The position numbers and the translations under genes are program-made. This document shows positions 1-10,722 of a stretch of 64,000 bases of DNA, piece after piece. The DNA is from an uncultured Verrucomicrobiae bacterium (lineage in GTDB: Bacteria; Verrucomicrobiota; Verrucomicrobiia; Chthoniobacterales; Chthoniobacteraceae): assembly GCA_963769025.1 (NCBI GenBank), contig CAVYKI010000009.1, forward strand, positions 1,248,001 to 1,312,000. The letters are read 5' to 3'. How positions within the stretch are numbered: position 1 is the stretch's first letter; the number at the start of each line of letters is the position of its first letter. The notes below the pieces were generated by a model. It saw nothing but the letters and a program-made list of their open reading frames with translations, made no database searches and had not been told where the DNA came from.

Positions 1-1
1 C

Positions 2-334
2 ATGGCCGACGATGACGCGCGCTGGGAGCAGTTCGGCCTGAACATCCCGGCCAACCCCTCGGCCCCCGAGGCGATCGAAGACCTCACGCTCACCGCACTC
101 GGCGGCGCCAGGGTGCTCGCGCAATGGCCCTACGCCACGCGGATGACGGGCACGCGCATCATGCTGAAGCGCATCGGCACGGACGACGACCCGGTCTCCG
201 CCGGCAGCGTCGGCGGCCTGGAAAAAGTGCTCGCCGCCCTGACGGTCGGCCAGACCATCGAGGTCTTTGTCATCGCCCACAACGACGGCGGCGACGCCGC
301 ACCGAGCCCCACGAAGAGCGTGGTGGTGACGTGA
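2..334 (+). CDS. C-terminal part of a fibronectin type III-like domain protein (probably truncated by the window edge)
   Basis: Beta-sandwich FN3-like pattern (P..I.DL...W....R...LT.GQTIEVFVIAHNDGGDAAPSP..V.V); ORF open from the window start. Confidence 0.6.
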   Translation: MADDDARWEQFGLNIPANPSAPEAIEDLTLTALGGARVLAQWPYATRMTGTRIMLKRIGTDDDPVSAGSVGGLEKVLAALTVGQTIEVFVIAHNDGGDAAPSPTKSVVVT

Positions 335-339
335 TAGCC

Positions 340-450
340 GAAGGATGAAGGATGAAGGATGAAGGCGGAAGGGTGAAGTCCCCCCGTTTTTCCGCGGTCG
401 TTTCTGCCTTCCTTCATCCCTCGTCCTTCATCCTTCATCCTTCATCCTTT
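340..450. repeat. Heptamer-built inverted repeat: about 6 x GAAGGAT-like units (340-378) facing about 6 x ATCCTTC-like units (409-450)
   Basis: Read directly; arms are reverse complements around a loop of about 30 bp. Confidence 0.9.
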
Positions 451-457
451 GCCCCCC

Positions 458-1054
458 ATGCCCTTCGACCCCTCCAAGCCCGCCGACCGCTCGCCAAACT
501 CGGCCGCCGAAATGCGCGCGCAACTCATCGGGCTGAAAGACCTCATGGACGCCATCCCCGGGATCACCTCCGCGGTGGTGGATTCGGTGACGACGCTCAA
601 TCCCGGCGAATCGGCGACGGCGACGTTCACCCTCATCGGCACTGTGCTGCACATCAGCCTCGCGCTCCCGCGCGGCGCGGACGGCATCCCCGGCCTGCAA
701 GGCGAGGTGGGGTCGCAGGGACCGCCGTTTGCCAATGCGGTCATCGACAGCGTCACGACGCTGAACCCCGGGGACAACGCGACGGTGTCGGTGACCTTCG
801 ACGGGAACTCGGTGCATTTCAGCTTTGGCATTCCGCGCGGGGCGCAGGGGGAACCGGGGCCGCCGGGGCAGCCGGGCGAGGTGACAAATGCGGACATGGC
901 CAATGCGATTTCCTCGGTCATCGCCGGCACCTCGAACAACACGAACTCGGTCCCCACGATGGACACGCCCTTCACCAACGACCCGCTCTCGCTGGCCGAT
1001 GGCGAGCTGCTGCGGGCGAACTACAACGCACTCGTCCTCGCGCTGCGCCGGTAG
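458..1054 (+). CDS. Collagen-like / phage fibre-like protein with two internal repeats
   Basis: Two copies of AV(V/I)DSVTTLNPG..AT.......H.S...PRG, each followed by G-X-Y triplets; C-terminal helix LLRANYNALVLALRR. Confidence 0.75.
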   Translation: MPFDPSKPADRSPNSAAEMRAQLIGLKDLMDAIPGITSAVVDSVTTLNPGESATATFTLIGTVLHISLALPRGADGIPGLQGEVGSQGPPFANAVIDSVTTLNPGDNATVSVTFDGNSVHFSFGIPRGAQGEPGPPGQPGEVTNADMANAISSVIAGTSNNTNSVPTMDTPFTNDPLSLADGELLRANYNALVLALRR

Positions 1055-1062
1055 GCGGCGCC

Positions 1063-1199
1063 CCTGGACTGCGGCAGCTCGCTGCCGCTTTCGGCTTCGA
1101 GGCTTGCCGAGAAGGGGGCTGGGGCGGGTGCTCCGATCCCCGCCGCACTCGCCAAGGCTCGCCTGCCACAAAGCGGCGGCGAGCCTCCGCAGTCCAAGG
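1063..1199. repeat. REP-like doublet / MITE-like element with inverted arms of about 29 bp
   Basis: CCTGGACTGCGGCAGCTCGCTGCCGCTTT (1063-1091) vs AAAGCGGCGGCGAGCCTCCGCAGTCCAAGG (1170-1199); the left arm is itself a hairpin; lies between convergent genes. Confidence 0.8.
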
Positions 1200-1211
1200 C
1201 GGTGAGCGGAT

Positions 1212-3125
1212 TCACACCGTGCGCAAACCGCGCCGGAGCACCAGCGCGCCCGCGATCCATAGCACAAGCAGCGGCGCGACGCTCCACCGGCTGCGCGGGA
1301 AGAACAGCTCGCCCGCGTTGAACGAACTCCACCGCGCCGCTTCGGAATGCGCAGGGAATTGCCGGAAGTAGGTGCCGTCCCACGGGCCAATCACATTCGT
1401 GGACACAGGCCCGTCGATGGCGGCGATCCAGAGCGGTTCGGGTTCGCCGCGCATGACTTTCTCCCAGCCCTCGCTACGCAGCTTTGCCACTTGCGCATCG
1501 AGTGCATCGCCAGTCAGCCCCTTCTTCGCCAATCCCGCGCGCTCCTTTCCGATCCATTCGTCGAACTTCGCATCGATCACCGGCCACGCGCGGTCGCGCG
1601 CAAACATCGGCCACGCGTAACGCCAGACAATGCTGTTGCCGGCGAGCTTCTCCTTCCACTCGCCGGGATGGTCCACCCAGACGTGGGCTCCCAAGCCGAG
1701 CGGATTCAGCGCGTCGGTGATCGTCAGCAGCGATTGCTGGGCGATGCTCACCGCGGCAAGGAGGGTCGTCGGACGCGGCCAGCGGACGAAGGCGCCGGCG
1801 AGCGGAATGCAGACGAAAGGCAGCGCGGGAATGAGGTAGCGCGGCCCGGCTGTGAACCCGCCGTGAAAGCCGTTGAAGCAAATGTTGATGAGAAAAAAAT
1901 ACGCGGCGCATGCGAGAATCAGCCGGCGCTCGGCGACGAGCGTCTCCATTTTCCAGCGGCCAATCAGACACGCCAGGGCCAGGATGAGGACCGGCGAGAG
2001 GATGAACACGCCGCGCCACGGCGAGACGGTGATAACCACCGTGGCAAACCACGACGGCCACGAAAACATGCCGAGGAATGCCGGGGCGATTTCCTTGAAC
2101 GCCGGATTCTGGAAACTCGTGTTCAATGCAAACGGCGATCCGAATGCCGCGACATTGTACGCCAGCAGCGCGACGAGGCACGGCAGGACGCCGAGCGTGA
2201 AGCGCGCGGCATTGCCCCACTGCAAACGCAGGTCCGCCGGGTCCCCAGCGGGTTCCGCATTCGGACGGTCCGGCACCTGCCGTCGGCGCCTGCAAAGGAG
2301 CCACACGCCGAACATCGCGCCGGGGATGGCGGCAAGGTAGTTCGTCAGCGCCGCGATGCCGGCCCAGACGCCGGAGGAAACCGGCCGTCCATTTCGCGCC
2401 GACGAAAATGACGCGAGAAGAAGAACGGCCGTCACGTTGTGGTCGAACATCAGCGTCGCAAACGGGAAGAACGTCGTCCCAAAGCCGAATGCCAGCGCGG
2501 CTCCGAGCGCGGCAGCGGGATGGCCCGGATACAATTGCGCCGCGACCCGGAGCACGAGCACGACGCCGAGCGCGGAGACGAGCCCCACGGTCAGCACGGA
2601 GCAAAGCCACACGTTCACGTTCAGCACCCACCAGTCATCCGGATCGAGCCCGAGCCAGCGCTCGACGTGGTAGAGCACAAAGTACGGCGGCACCGCGAGC
2701 AACGAGGCGCCCGGCGGTTTGTTCGGGTGGAAATGCCCGTCCGGCGCCATGCCGACATCGCCCGTGCAGGTGCCTTCGCCGACGACGACCATCGTCGCGG
2801 TGGGATCGAGCGGCGTGTCGTTCACCGTGAGCTGCTGCCAGTCGGGCTTCTCCTTCGTGCCGACATTCCGCCAGTCGCCCCACGAGAGCTGATGCCGCAC
2901 GCCGCCGTAGCTATATTCCCCGCGCTCCACCTTCGAGCGCACGAGCTTCCGCCCCTCGCCGCGGTGAAAGACCATGTAGTCGTTGATTGCGAGGCGCCCC
3001 TGCTCCACGATGGCGCGCACCTCGGCAAAACGCGCATTCTGGTTCCATCCACCGCCTTGGTGGAACCACGCGAAGGTGATGAAGGACAGCGCGAACAGCA
3101 GCGACTGGAGGCGGCGGGTGGGCAT
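1212..3125 (-). CDS. Polytopic membrane protein, GT-C (PMT/ArnT-like) glycosyltransferase-like
   Basis: Many TM segments; motifs WNQNARF, HPNKPPG, FHGGFTAGPRYLIPALPF typical of lipid-linked sugar transferases; start chosen at MPTRRL. Confidence 0.6.
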   Translation of the reverse strand: MPTRRLQSLLFALSFITFAWFHQGGGWNQNARFAEVRAIVEQGRLAINDYMVFHRGEGRKLVRSKVERGEYSYGGVRHQLSWGDWRNVGTKEKPDWQQLTVNDTPLDPTATMVVVGEGTCTGDVGMAPDGHFHPNKPPGASLLAVPPYFVLYHVERWLGLDPDDWWVLNVNVWLCSVLTVGLVSALGVVLVLRVAAQLYPGHPAAALGAALAFGFGTTFFPFATLMFDHNVTAVLLLASFSSARNGRPVSSGVWAGIAALTNYLAAIPGAMFGVWLLCRRRRQVPDRPNAEPAGDPADLRLQWGNAARFTLGVLPCLVALLAYNVAAFGSPFALNTSFQNPAFKEIAPAFLGMFSWPSWFATVVITVSPWRGVFILSPVLILALACLIGRWKMETLVAERRLILACAAYFFLINICFNGFHGGFTAGPRYLIPALPFVCIPLAGAFVRWPRPTTLLAAVSIAQQSLLTITDALNPLGLGAHVWVDHPGEWKEKLAGNSIVWRYAWPMFARDRAWPVIDAKFDEWIGKERAGLAKKGLTGDALDAQVAKLRSEGWEKVMRGEPEPLWIAAIDGPVSTNVIGPWDGTYFRQFPAHSEAARWSSFNAGELFFPRSRWSVAPLLVLWIAGALVLRRGLRTV

Positions 3126-3199
3126 TGAGGGAAAGACGAATGCCGGATGATGCAGGGCGAAAGAAGCGCGAAATTGCGGCACACACGGCTTGCCTTCGC

Positions 3200-3225
3200 C
3201 ATCCGTCATCCGTCATCCGTCATCG

Positions 3226-3227
<2 letters not shown>
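3200..3227. repeat. Heptamer tandem repeat (CATCCGT)x4
   Basis: Read directly; last copy imperfect and overlapping the likely GTG start of lctP. Confidence 0.8.
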
Positions 3228-4838
<1,611 letters not shown>

Positions 4839-4842
<4 letters not shown>

Positions 4843-5536
4843 AAAAGATCCTCCTCCTCCTCGTCTGCCTCGTCACCGCTGCGAACGCACAGAAGCCCGA
4901 CGCCAAGCCCCAGCAGCGTGCCCCGAAAAAACCCGACGCCTCGCTCGCTGCGATCACCGACGAACCGGGCCTGCCGCGCGTGCTGCTCATCGGCGACAGC
5001 ATCTCGATCGGCTACACTTTGCCAACGCGCGCATTGCTGAAAGGAAAGGCCAACGTCCACCGCATCCCCACCAACGGCGGATCGACCAGGGACGGCATCG
5101 CAAAAATCGAGAGCTGGCTCGGCACCGGAAAATGGGACGTGATCCATTTCAACTGGGGCCTGCATGACCTGAAGCATTTCAAGGATGGAAAGATGGACCT
5201 GGCCGCGCCGCAGGTTTCATCGCTCGAAGAATACGAGAAGAACCTGCGCGCACTGGTGAAGCGCATGAAGGCCACCGGCGCGAAGCTCATCTGGGCCACA
5301 CACCACTCCGGTGCCCGAGGGAAGCAGCGGCCGCGTGCATGCCGACGAGCTGAAATACAACGCCGCCGCCGCGCGCGTGATGAATGACGAAGGCATCCCG
5401 ACCGACGACCTCCACGCGATCTGCCTGAACAACAGCGGCTGGCAGCTTGCCGCAGAATGTCCATTTCACACCCGAGGGCTCTGCCGGACTCGCGGCGAAG
5501 GTCGCCGCCGAAATCGAGGCCGCGCTGAAGAAGTAG
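4839..5536 (+). CDS. Secreted SGNH/GDSL hydrolase (frameshifts near 5300 and 5450)
   Basis: Signal peptide; LPRVLLIGDSISIGY and IHFNWGLHD blocks; the C-terminal NVHF motif is in a shifted frame. Confidence 0.85.
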
Positions 5537-5548
5537 GCGCCCGCGCGG

Positions 5549-6160
5549 CTACATCCCGTCAGCGGGGGAATTCACGACTTTCGCGCTCACCACGTAGAAG
5601 AGCTCGCACGCGCCGTTCCCGCTGTCCTCGCGCGTCGTCGAGGAGTTCCACGTCCTGCCTTCCGGGCCGGCGGCATTCACGAGGAAGCCATCCATTTTCA
5701 AAATCTGCCCCACGCGGAGGCCGCGGATCACACCCTTCACTTCGGCGTTCGCGGAGATGAGGTGATTGTTCGCGGCGGAGACCTTGATCTCCTCCGGCGG
5801 AATCGCCGGCTGGTCTGCCCACTCGTAGAAAAAGAACCGGTTGCCCATGCTGATCTCGAATTGATCGAGCACGGCCTGATCGGTCATCCGCTTCCAGCCG
5901 ATGGCGACGTCGATCGGCACAAGGTCGGAATTGGGATCGCCGTAATAGCGCTTGGTGCCCAGCACCCGGCCGCGCACGTGATACTCGGCGACTGCGGTGA
6001 GATTCCAGCCGGCGACGGTCCCGAGCGATTTCCACGGGATGTCCGTTTGCGCCGGCGGCTCCGGCACGAGCACGCCTGCCGGATGCGTGATGGGTCGCCG
6101 GGACATGAACAGCCAGACCGCTCCCGACAGCAGGAGCAGGAAGACAAGTTTCGGGAGCAT
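5549..6160 (-). CDS. Conserved hypothetical membrane-anchored protein
   Basis: N-terminal TM; SAANNHLI and WNSSTTREDSGNGACELFYV motifs; GC3-rich codon usage. Confidence 0.7.
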   Translation of the reverse strand: MLPKLVFLLLLSGAVWLFMSRRPITHPAGVLVPEPPAQTDIPWKSLGTVAGWNLTAVAEYHVRGRVLGTKRYYGDPNSDLVPIDVAIGWKRMTDQAVLDQFEISMGNRFFFYEWADQPAIPPEEIKVSAANNHLISANAEVKGVIRGLRVGQILKMDGFLVNAAGPEGRTWNSSTTREDSGNGACELFYVVSAKVVNSPADGM

Positions 6161-6275
6161 CCGGATGAACATCGCCATCACCCCCTCCAAAGCAAAACCG
6201 ATGCCGCGGGCCGTGGCGCGGCCCGGCGAGGAATCACGATTGCACAGCCGCGGCCCGCTGTTCAGCGTCCGCCCC

Positions 6276-7089
6276 ATGAAGCGCATCCTCTCCCTCATCG
6301 CACTCACCCTCGGCATTGCCGGACTTTTCACGCCCTCCCGAGCCGCCGACGAAAAGACCAAATCCGCTCCGCGCCCTGATGGTCTGCGGCGGATGCTGCC
6401 ACGACTACACGAGCCAGAAGAAGATCCTCTCCGAGGGCATCACCGCGCAGGCGAACGTCGAGTGGACCATCGTGCAGGAAGGCGCGCCGAAGGGTGCGGA
6501 CGAACGCAGCCATCGCGTGAGCATTTACGAGAAGCCCGAGTGGTGGAAAGGCTACGACGTCGTGGTCCACAACGAATGCTTCGGCATGGTCGCGGACAAC
6601 GCATTCATCGAGGGCATCACCGCCGCGCACAAGGCCGGCGTGCCCGCGGTCTTCCTGCATTGCTCGTCGCACAGCTACCGCGCTGGCACGACCGACGAGT
6701 GGCGCAAGTGCGTCGGCATCACGTCACGCAGCCATGAGAAAAACCGCGACCTGACAGTGAAGGTGATCAAGGCCGATCATCCCGTGATGAAAGGCTTCCC
6801 CGCCGAGTGGCTCAACCCGAAGGACGAACTCTACAAAAACGAATTCGTCTGGCCGAACACCGTGCCGCTCGCGAAGGCGTACGGCGAGGACACGAAGCAG
6901 GACCACACGGTAATCTGGGTGAACACCTATGAAGGCACGCGCGTATTCACCACGACGCTCGGACACAACAATTCCACGATGGCCGCGCCGGAGTTCCTCG
7001 GTCTCGTCACGCGCGGCCTGCTGTGGGCGTGCGGCAAGCTGACCGATGACGGCAAGCCCGCCGCAGGATTCGGCCCCGGAGGAAAGTAG
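6276..7089 (+). CDS. ThuA-like (class I glutamine amidotransferase-like) secreted protein (frameshift near 6360)
   Basis: Signal peptide MKRILSL; GGCCHDY, KDELY and RVFTTTLGHNN motifs. Confidence 0.85.
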
Positions 7090-7149
7090 CACCCCGGCCG
7101 GAAAAGGGACGTTGCATCGCGCGCAAGGCGGTTGCTAGCGTCGCGCCTC

Positions 7150-7483
7150 ATGACCACCCCGCCCCCCTCCGACTGGACGCGGATCGCAAACGATCCCGCA
7201 TTTCTGGAACTCAAACGGGCGCGCAGGCGGTTCACCATTCCCGCGACGATCTTCTTCCTCGTGTATTACACCGCGCTGCCGGTGCTCGTCGGGCTTCTTC
7301 CCGGAGCTCATGAAAAAGCCGGTCTTCGGCAAGGTGAACGGCGCATACCTTTTCGCCCTCTCTCAATTCATCATGACGTGGGTGCTCTGCGGCATGTACG
7401 TCCGCGTGGCGCGCCGCTGGGATGCGATGAACGCCGCCCTGCTCTCGCGCCTCGCACCATCCAACGTCACGACCTCGAACTAG
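7150..7483 (+). CDS. DUF485 family small membrane protein, partner of ActP (frameshift near 7300)
   Basis: F.EL...RRRF..P..IFFLVYY pattern, second TM in a shifted frame; directly upstream of actP. Confidence 0.85.
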
Positions 7484-7490
7484 TCCGCCA

Positions 7491-9103
7491 ATGCTCTTCA
7501 CCCTCGCATTCATCAAGCCCGCGCTCGGGCTCTTCCTCGGTTTCGTGGCGCTGACGCTCGTCATCACCTATTTCAGCGCGCGCAAGGCCAAGGGCAGCGC
7601 GGCCTATTTCGCCGCGGGGCGCAGCATCACCGGCTGGCAGAACGGCCTCGCCGTCGCGGGCGACTACATGAGCGCCGCGAGCTTCCTCGGCATCAGCGGC
7701 ATCATCTGCCTGAAGGGCTACGACGGCTTCATGTACACCGTCGGCTTCCTCGTCGCCTACCTCACGGTGCTCTTCCTCGTCGCCGAGCCGCTGCGCAATG
7801 CGGGCAAGTACACGATGGCCGATCTGCTCGCCTACCGGCTCAGCCCGCGGCCGGTGCGCGCGATGGCTTCGCTCTGCACGCTCACCGTTTCCACGTTCTA
7901 CATGATCGCGCAGATGGTCGGCGCGGGCGGGATCATCAAGGTGCTCATCGGCGTCGACTTCGTGCCCGCGGTGATCGGCGTCGGCGTGCTGATGCTCGTC
8001 TATGTCGTCTTCGGCGGCATGCTCGCGACGACCTGGGTGCAGATCATCAAGGCCATCCTGCTCATGGCCGGCGCATTCGCGCTGAGCTGGATGGTGCTCG
8101 GCAAGCACGACTACAGCCTCACGACTTTCTTCGACGCCGTCTCCGCCGCCGACTACGCCGGCACCAAGGCGCCCGTGAATCTCCTCGATCCCGGCCTCGC
8201 CTACGGCGCGACCGAGAAAAATCCGTGGGGCGCCGTGGACTTCCTCTCGCTCGCGCTCGGCCTCGTGCTCGGCACCGCCGGACTGCCGCACATCCTCGTC
8301 CGCTTTTACACCGTGCCGGATGCAAAGACCGCGCGCGTCTCCGTCGTCTGGGCCACGGCGATCATCGGCGTCTTTTACATCCTCACCACGTTCTTCGGAT
8401 TCGGCGCGGCGACTCTGCTGAAAATCACCGACATCCCGCTCGACGCCGCAGGCAAGCCGGACGGCAACATGGTCGCGCCCATCCTCGCGCAGGTGCTCGG
8501 CGGCGAATGGTTCTTCGCGTTCATCAGCGCGGTGGCCTTCGCCACGATCCTCGCGGTGGTCGCCGGCCTGACGATGAGCGCCTCGACTTCCTTCGCGCAC
8601 GATTTCTTCACGAACGTCATCCACCACGGCAAGGAGCACCGGCCCGGCGAGGAGGTGTTCGTCGCGCGCATCACGGCGTTCGTCGTCGGCGCCATGTCCA
8701 TCTTCCTCGCCATCCAGCTCCGCTCGCTGAACGTCGCCTTCCTCGTCGGACTCGCCTTCGCCGTCGCGGCGTCGGCGAATCTCCCGGTGATCCTGATGAG
8801 CATTTTCTGGAAGCGCTTCAACACCACCGGCGCGGTCGCCGGACTCGCCGTCGGCCTCGGCAGCAGCATGCTGCTGATCATTCTCAGCCCGTCCATCATG
8901 GACCCGAGCGGCGCCGCTTCATCAAGGCCGAGCCGATTTTCCCGCTGCGAAACCCCGGCATCGTGAGCATCCCGCTCGGCTTCCTCGCCGCATGGATCGG
9001 CACGCTTCTCGGCGCGCGCGATCCGCACGCGGAAGCGAAGTTCGACGAACTCAACGTCCGCGCGACGACCGGCCTCGGCGCGGAGAAGGCGACTTCGCAC
9101 TGA
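7491..9103 (+). CDS. actP: Cation/acetate symporter, SSS family (frameshift near 8915)
   Basis: NGLAVAGDYMSAASFLG, GTAGLPHILVRFYTVP, AVAFATILAVVAGL; C-terminus FPLRNPGIVSIPLGF in the next frame. Confidence 0.92.
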
Positions 9104-9109
9104 CCTTCG

Positions 9110-10271
9110 CCTTCGCACCCAGCAGCGACCCGCCGGCTTGAAGAGCCGCGCGTGTTCGTCGAGCAGGTAGCGGTCGGTCATTCCCGACACGTAGTCGCAC
9201 ACGGTGCGATGCACGCCACCCTCCCGGACCCGGCGCGCGGTCGCCTCGCCGAGCAGCGCGGGCTTTTTCAGGTACGCCGTGAACACATCGCCGAGCATCT
9301 CGCACGCGGCGGTGTTCGCCCCGGCGACGCTCGGGTGGTAGTAGAGTTTCTTGTACAGGAATTTCCGGAGCTGCTGGTTCGCGCGGCGGAGCGAGTCGCT
9401 GTAGGCGATGAGCGGCTTCGAGTAGGCACGCACCTCGTCGGCGCTGCGCACCCCTGCCGCATCGATGCGCGCGGAACTGGTGCGGATGACATCGGCCACC
9501 TGCCGGTCGATCATGCACCGGATGACGTATGCCCGCAGCTCGGCACCCTTGAGCCTCGGGAAAATTGCCGCGCACCTCCGCCTCCGTCTCCTGCCACGCG
9601 TGCAGCTCCGCGAGTTGCTTCGGGTCGAGCAGACGGAAGTCGAGCCCGTCATCGATGTCGTGGCTGTAGTAGGTGATTTCATCCGCGAGGTTCGCCACCT
9701 GCGCCTCGAGCGAAGGCTGCGAGGTCCGCTTCCCGCCGGGCTTCGCACTTTCATAAAAGCGCGCGTGCTTCTGCAGTCCCTCGCGCACCTCGTGGCTGAG
9801 GTTCAGGCCGGGGAACTTCGGGTAGCGCGTCTCGATCACATCCACGATGCGCAGGCTCTGCTCGTTGTGATCAAAGCCGCCGTGATCGCACATCAGTTCA
9901 TCCAGCGTCTCCTCGCCGGTGTGGCCGAATGGCGGATGCCCGAGGTCGTGCGCGAGCGCGATGGCCTCGGCGAGATCCTCGTTCAGCCCGAGCGCGCGCG
10001 CGACGGTGCGCGTGATGTTTGCCACCTCGAAGGTGTGCGTGAGCCGCGTGCGCAGGTGATCGCCCGTGCCGTTGAGAAAAACCTGCGTCTTATATTCCAG
10101 CCGCCGGAACGCGCGGCTGTGGATGACGCGCGCGCGGTCGCGCTGGTAGTCCGTGCGATGCGGATGCTTCGGCTCGGGATAGGCGCGCCCCTCGGAGTCG
10201 CCCGACTTTTGCGCGTAAGGTGCGAGCACCACGCGCTCCTGCGCCTCGAGCTCCACCCGCGTGCGGATCAC
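9110..10271 (-). CDS. dgt: Deoxyguanosinetriphosphate triphosphohydrolase, HD domain (frameshift near 9560; 3' end uncertain)
   Basis: RTDYQRDRARVIHSRAFRRLEYKTQVF, RTRLTH, LAHDLGHPPFGH, ADEITYYSHD, DYVSGMTDRY. Confidence 0.92.
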
Positions 10272-10585
10272 TTCGGCTCCCCCTTTGTCTTCTCGTCGAT
10301 CTCCGCGATCTCCCGCTCCAGCCGCGCCCGCATCGCGCGCGCTGTCGCACGGATGATCAGGATGTCAAAAACCGCGAGCAGCACGCCCGTGAGCGTGATC
10401 CACCCGCACAGCGCCCAATAGATGAAGTAGAGCCACACGTGCTGCCTCGCCCACTCGTCCGACATCAGCCACGACCCGAGGAAGAGCATCACCAGCGCCA
10501 CCGACATCAGCCACAGCATCACATTCCGCCGCGTCCTCGTGTCACGGAGGACGCCTTTGGTGAGCAGAATGACGAGGCGGAACAT
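10268..10585 (-). CDS. Hypothetical two-TM membrane protein
   Basis: Two hydrophobic helices; stop overlaps the dgt start codon. Confidence 0.7.
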   Translation of the reverse strand: MFRLVILLTKGVLRDTRTRRNVMLWLMSVALVMLFLGSWLMSDEWARQHVWLYFIYWALCGWITLTGVLLAVFDILIIRATARAMRARLEREIAEIDEKTKGEPK

Positions 10586-10722
10586 GATCGATGTTTCGTT
10601 CTCCGCCCGCGCAACGTCGAGAAAAGAAACCGGCTTCGCCTTCTCCGCGTTCCCTCTCTCCATCTCCGTTTCAAAAGGAACCTTGGCCGCCCGGGCCGCC
10701 TGCGATACCTCGTGTCAAAGCC

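Noticed and set aside
2..1054. Prophage or diversity-generating retroelement
   Set aside because: No integrase, terminase, capsid, reverse transcriptase or template/variable repeat pair in the window; cannot be excluded beyond the left edge.
3177..3194. Sigma-54 promoter upstream of lctP (GGCACACACGGCTTGC)
   Set aside because: Spacing is GG-N12-GC rather than the obligatory N10, unless the AC run is mis-called.
9110..10271. Anti-phage dGTPase defence system
   Set aside because: It looks like the short housekeeping Dgt type and has no defence-island neighbours.
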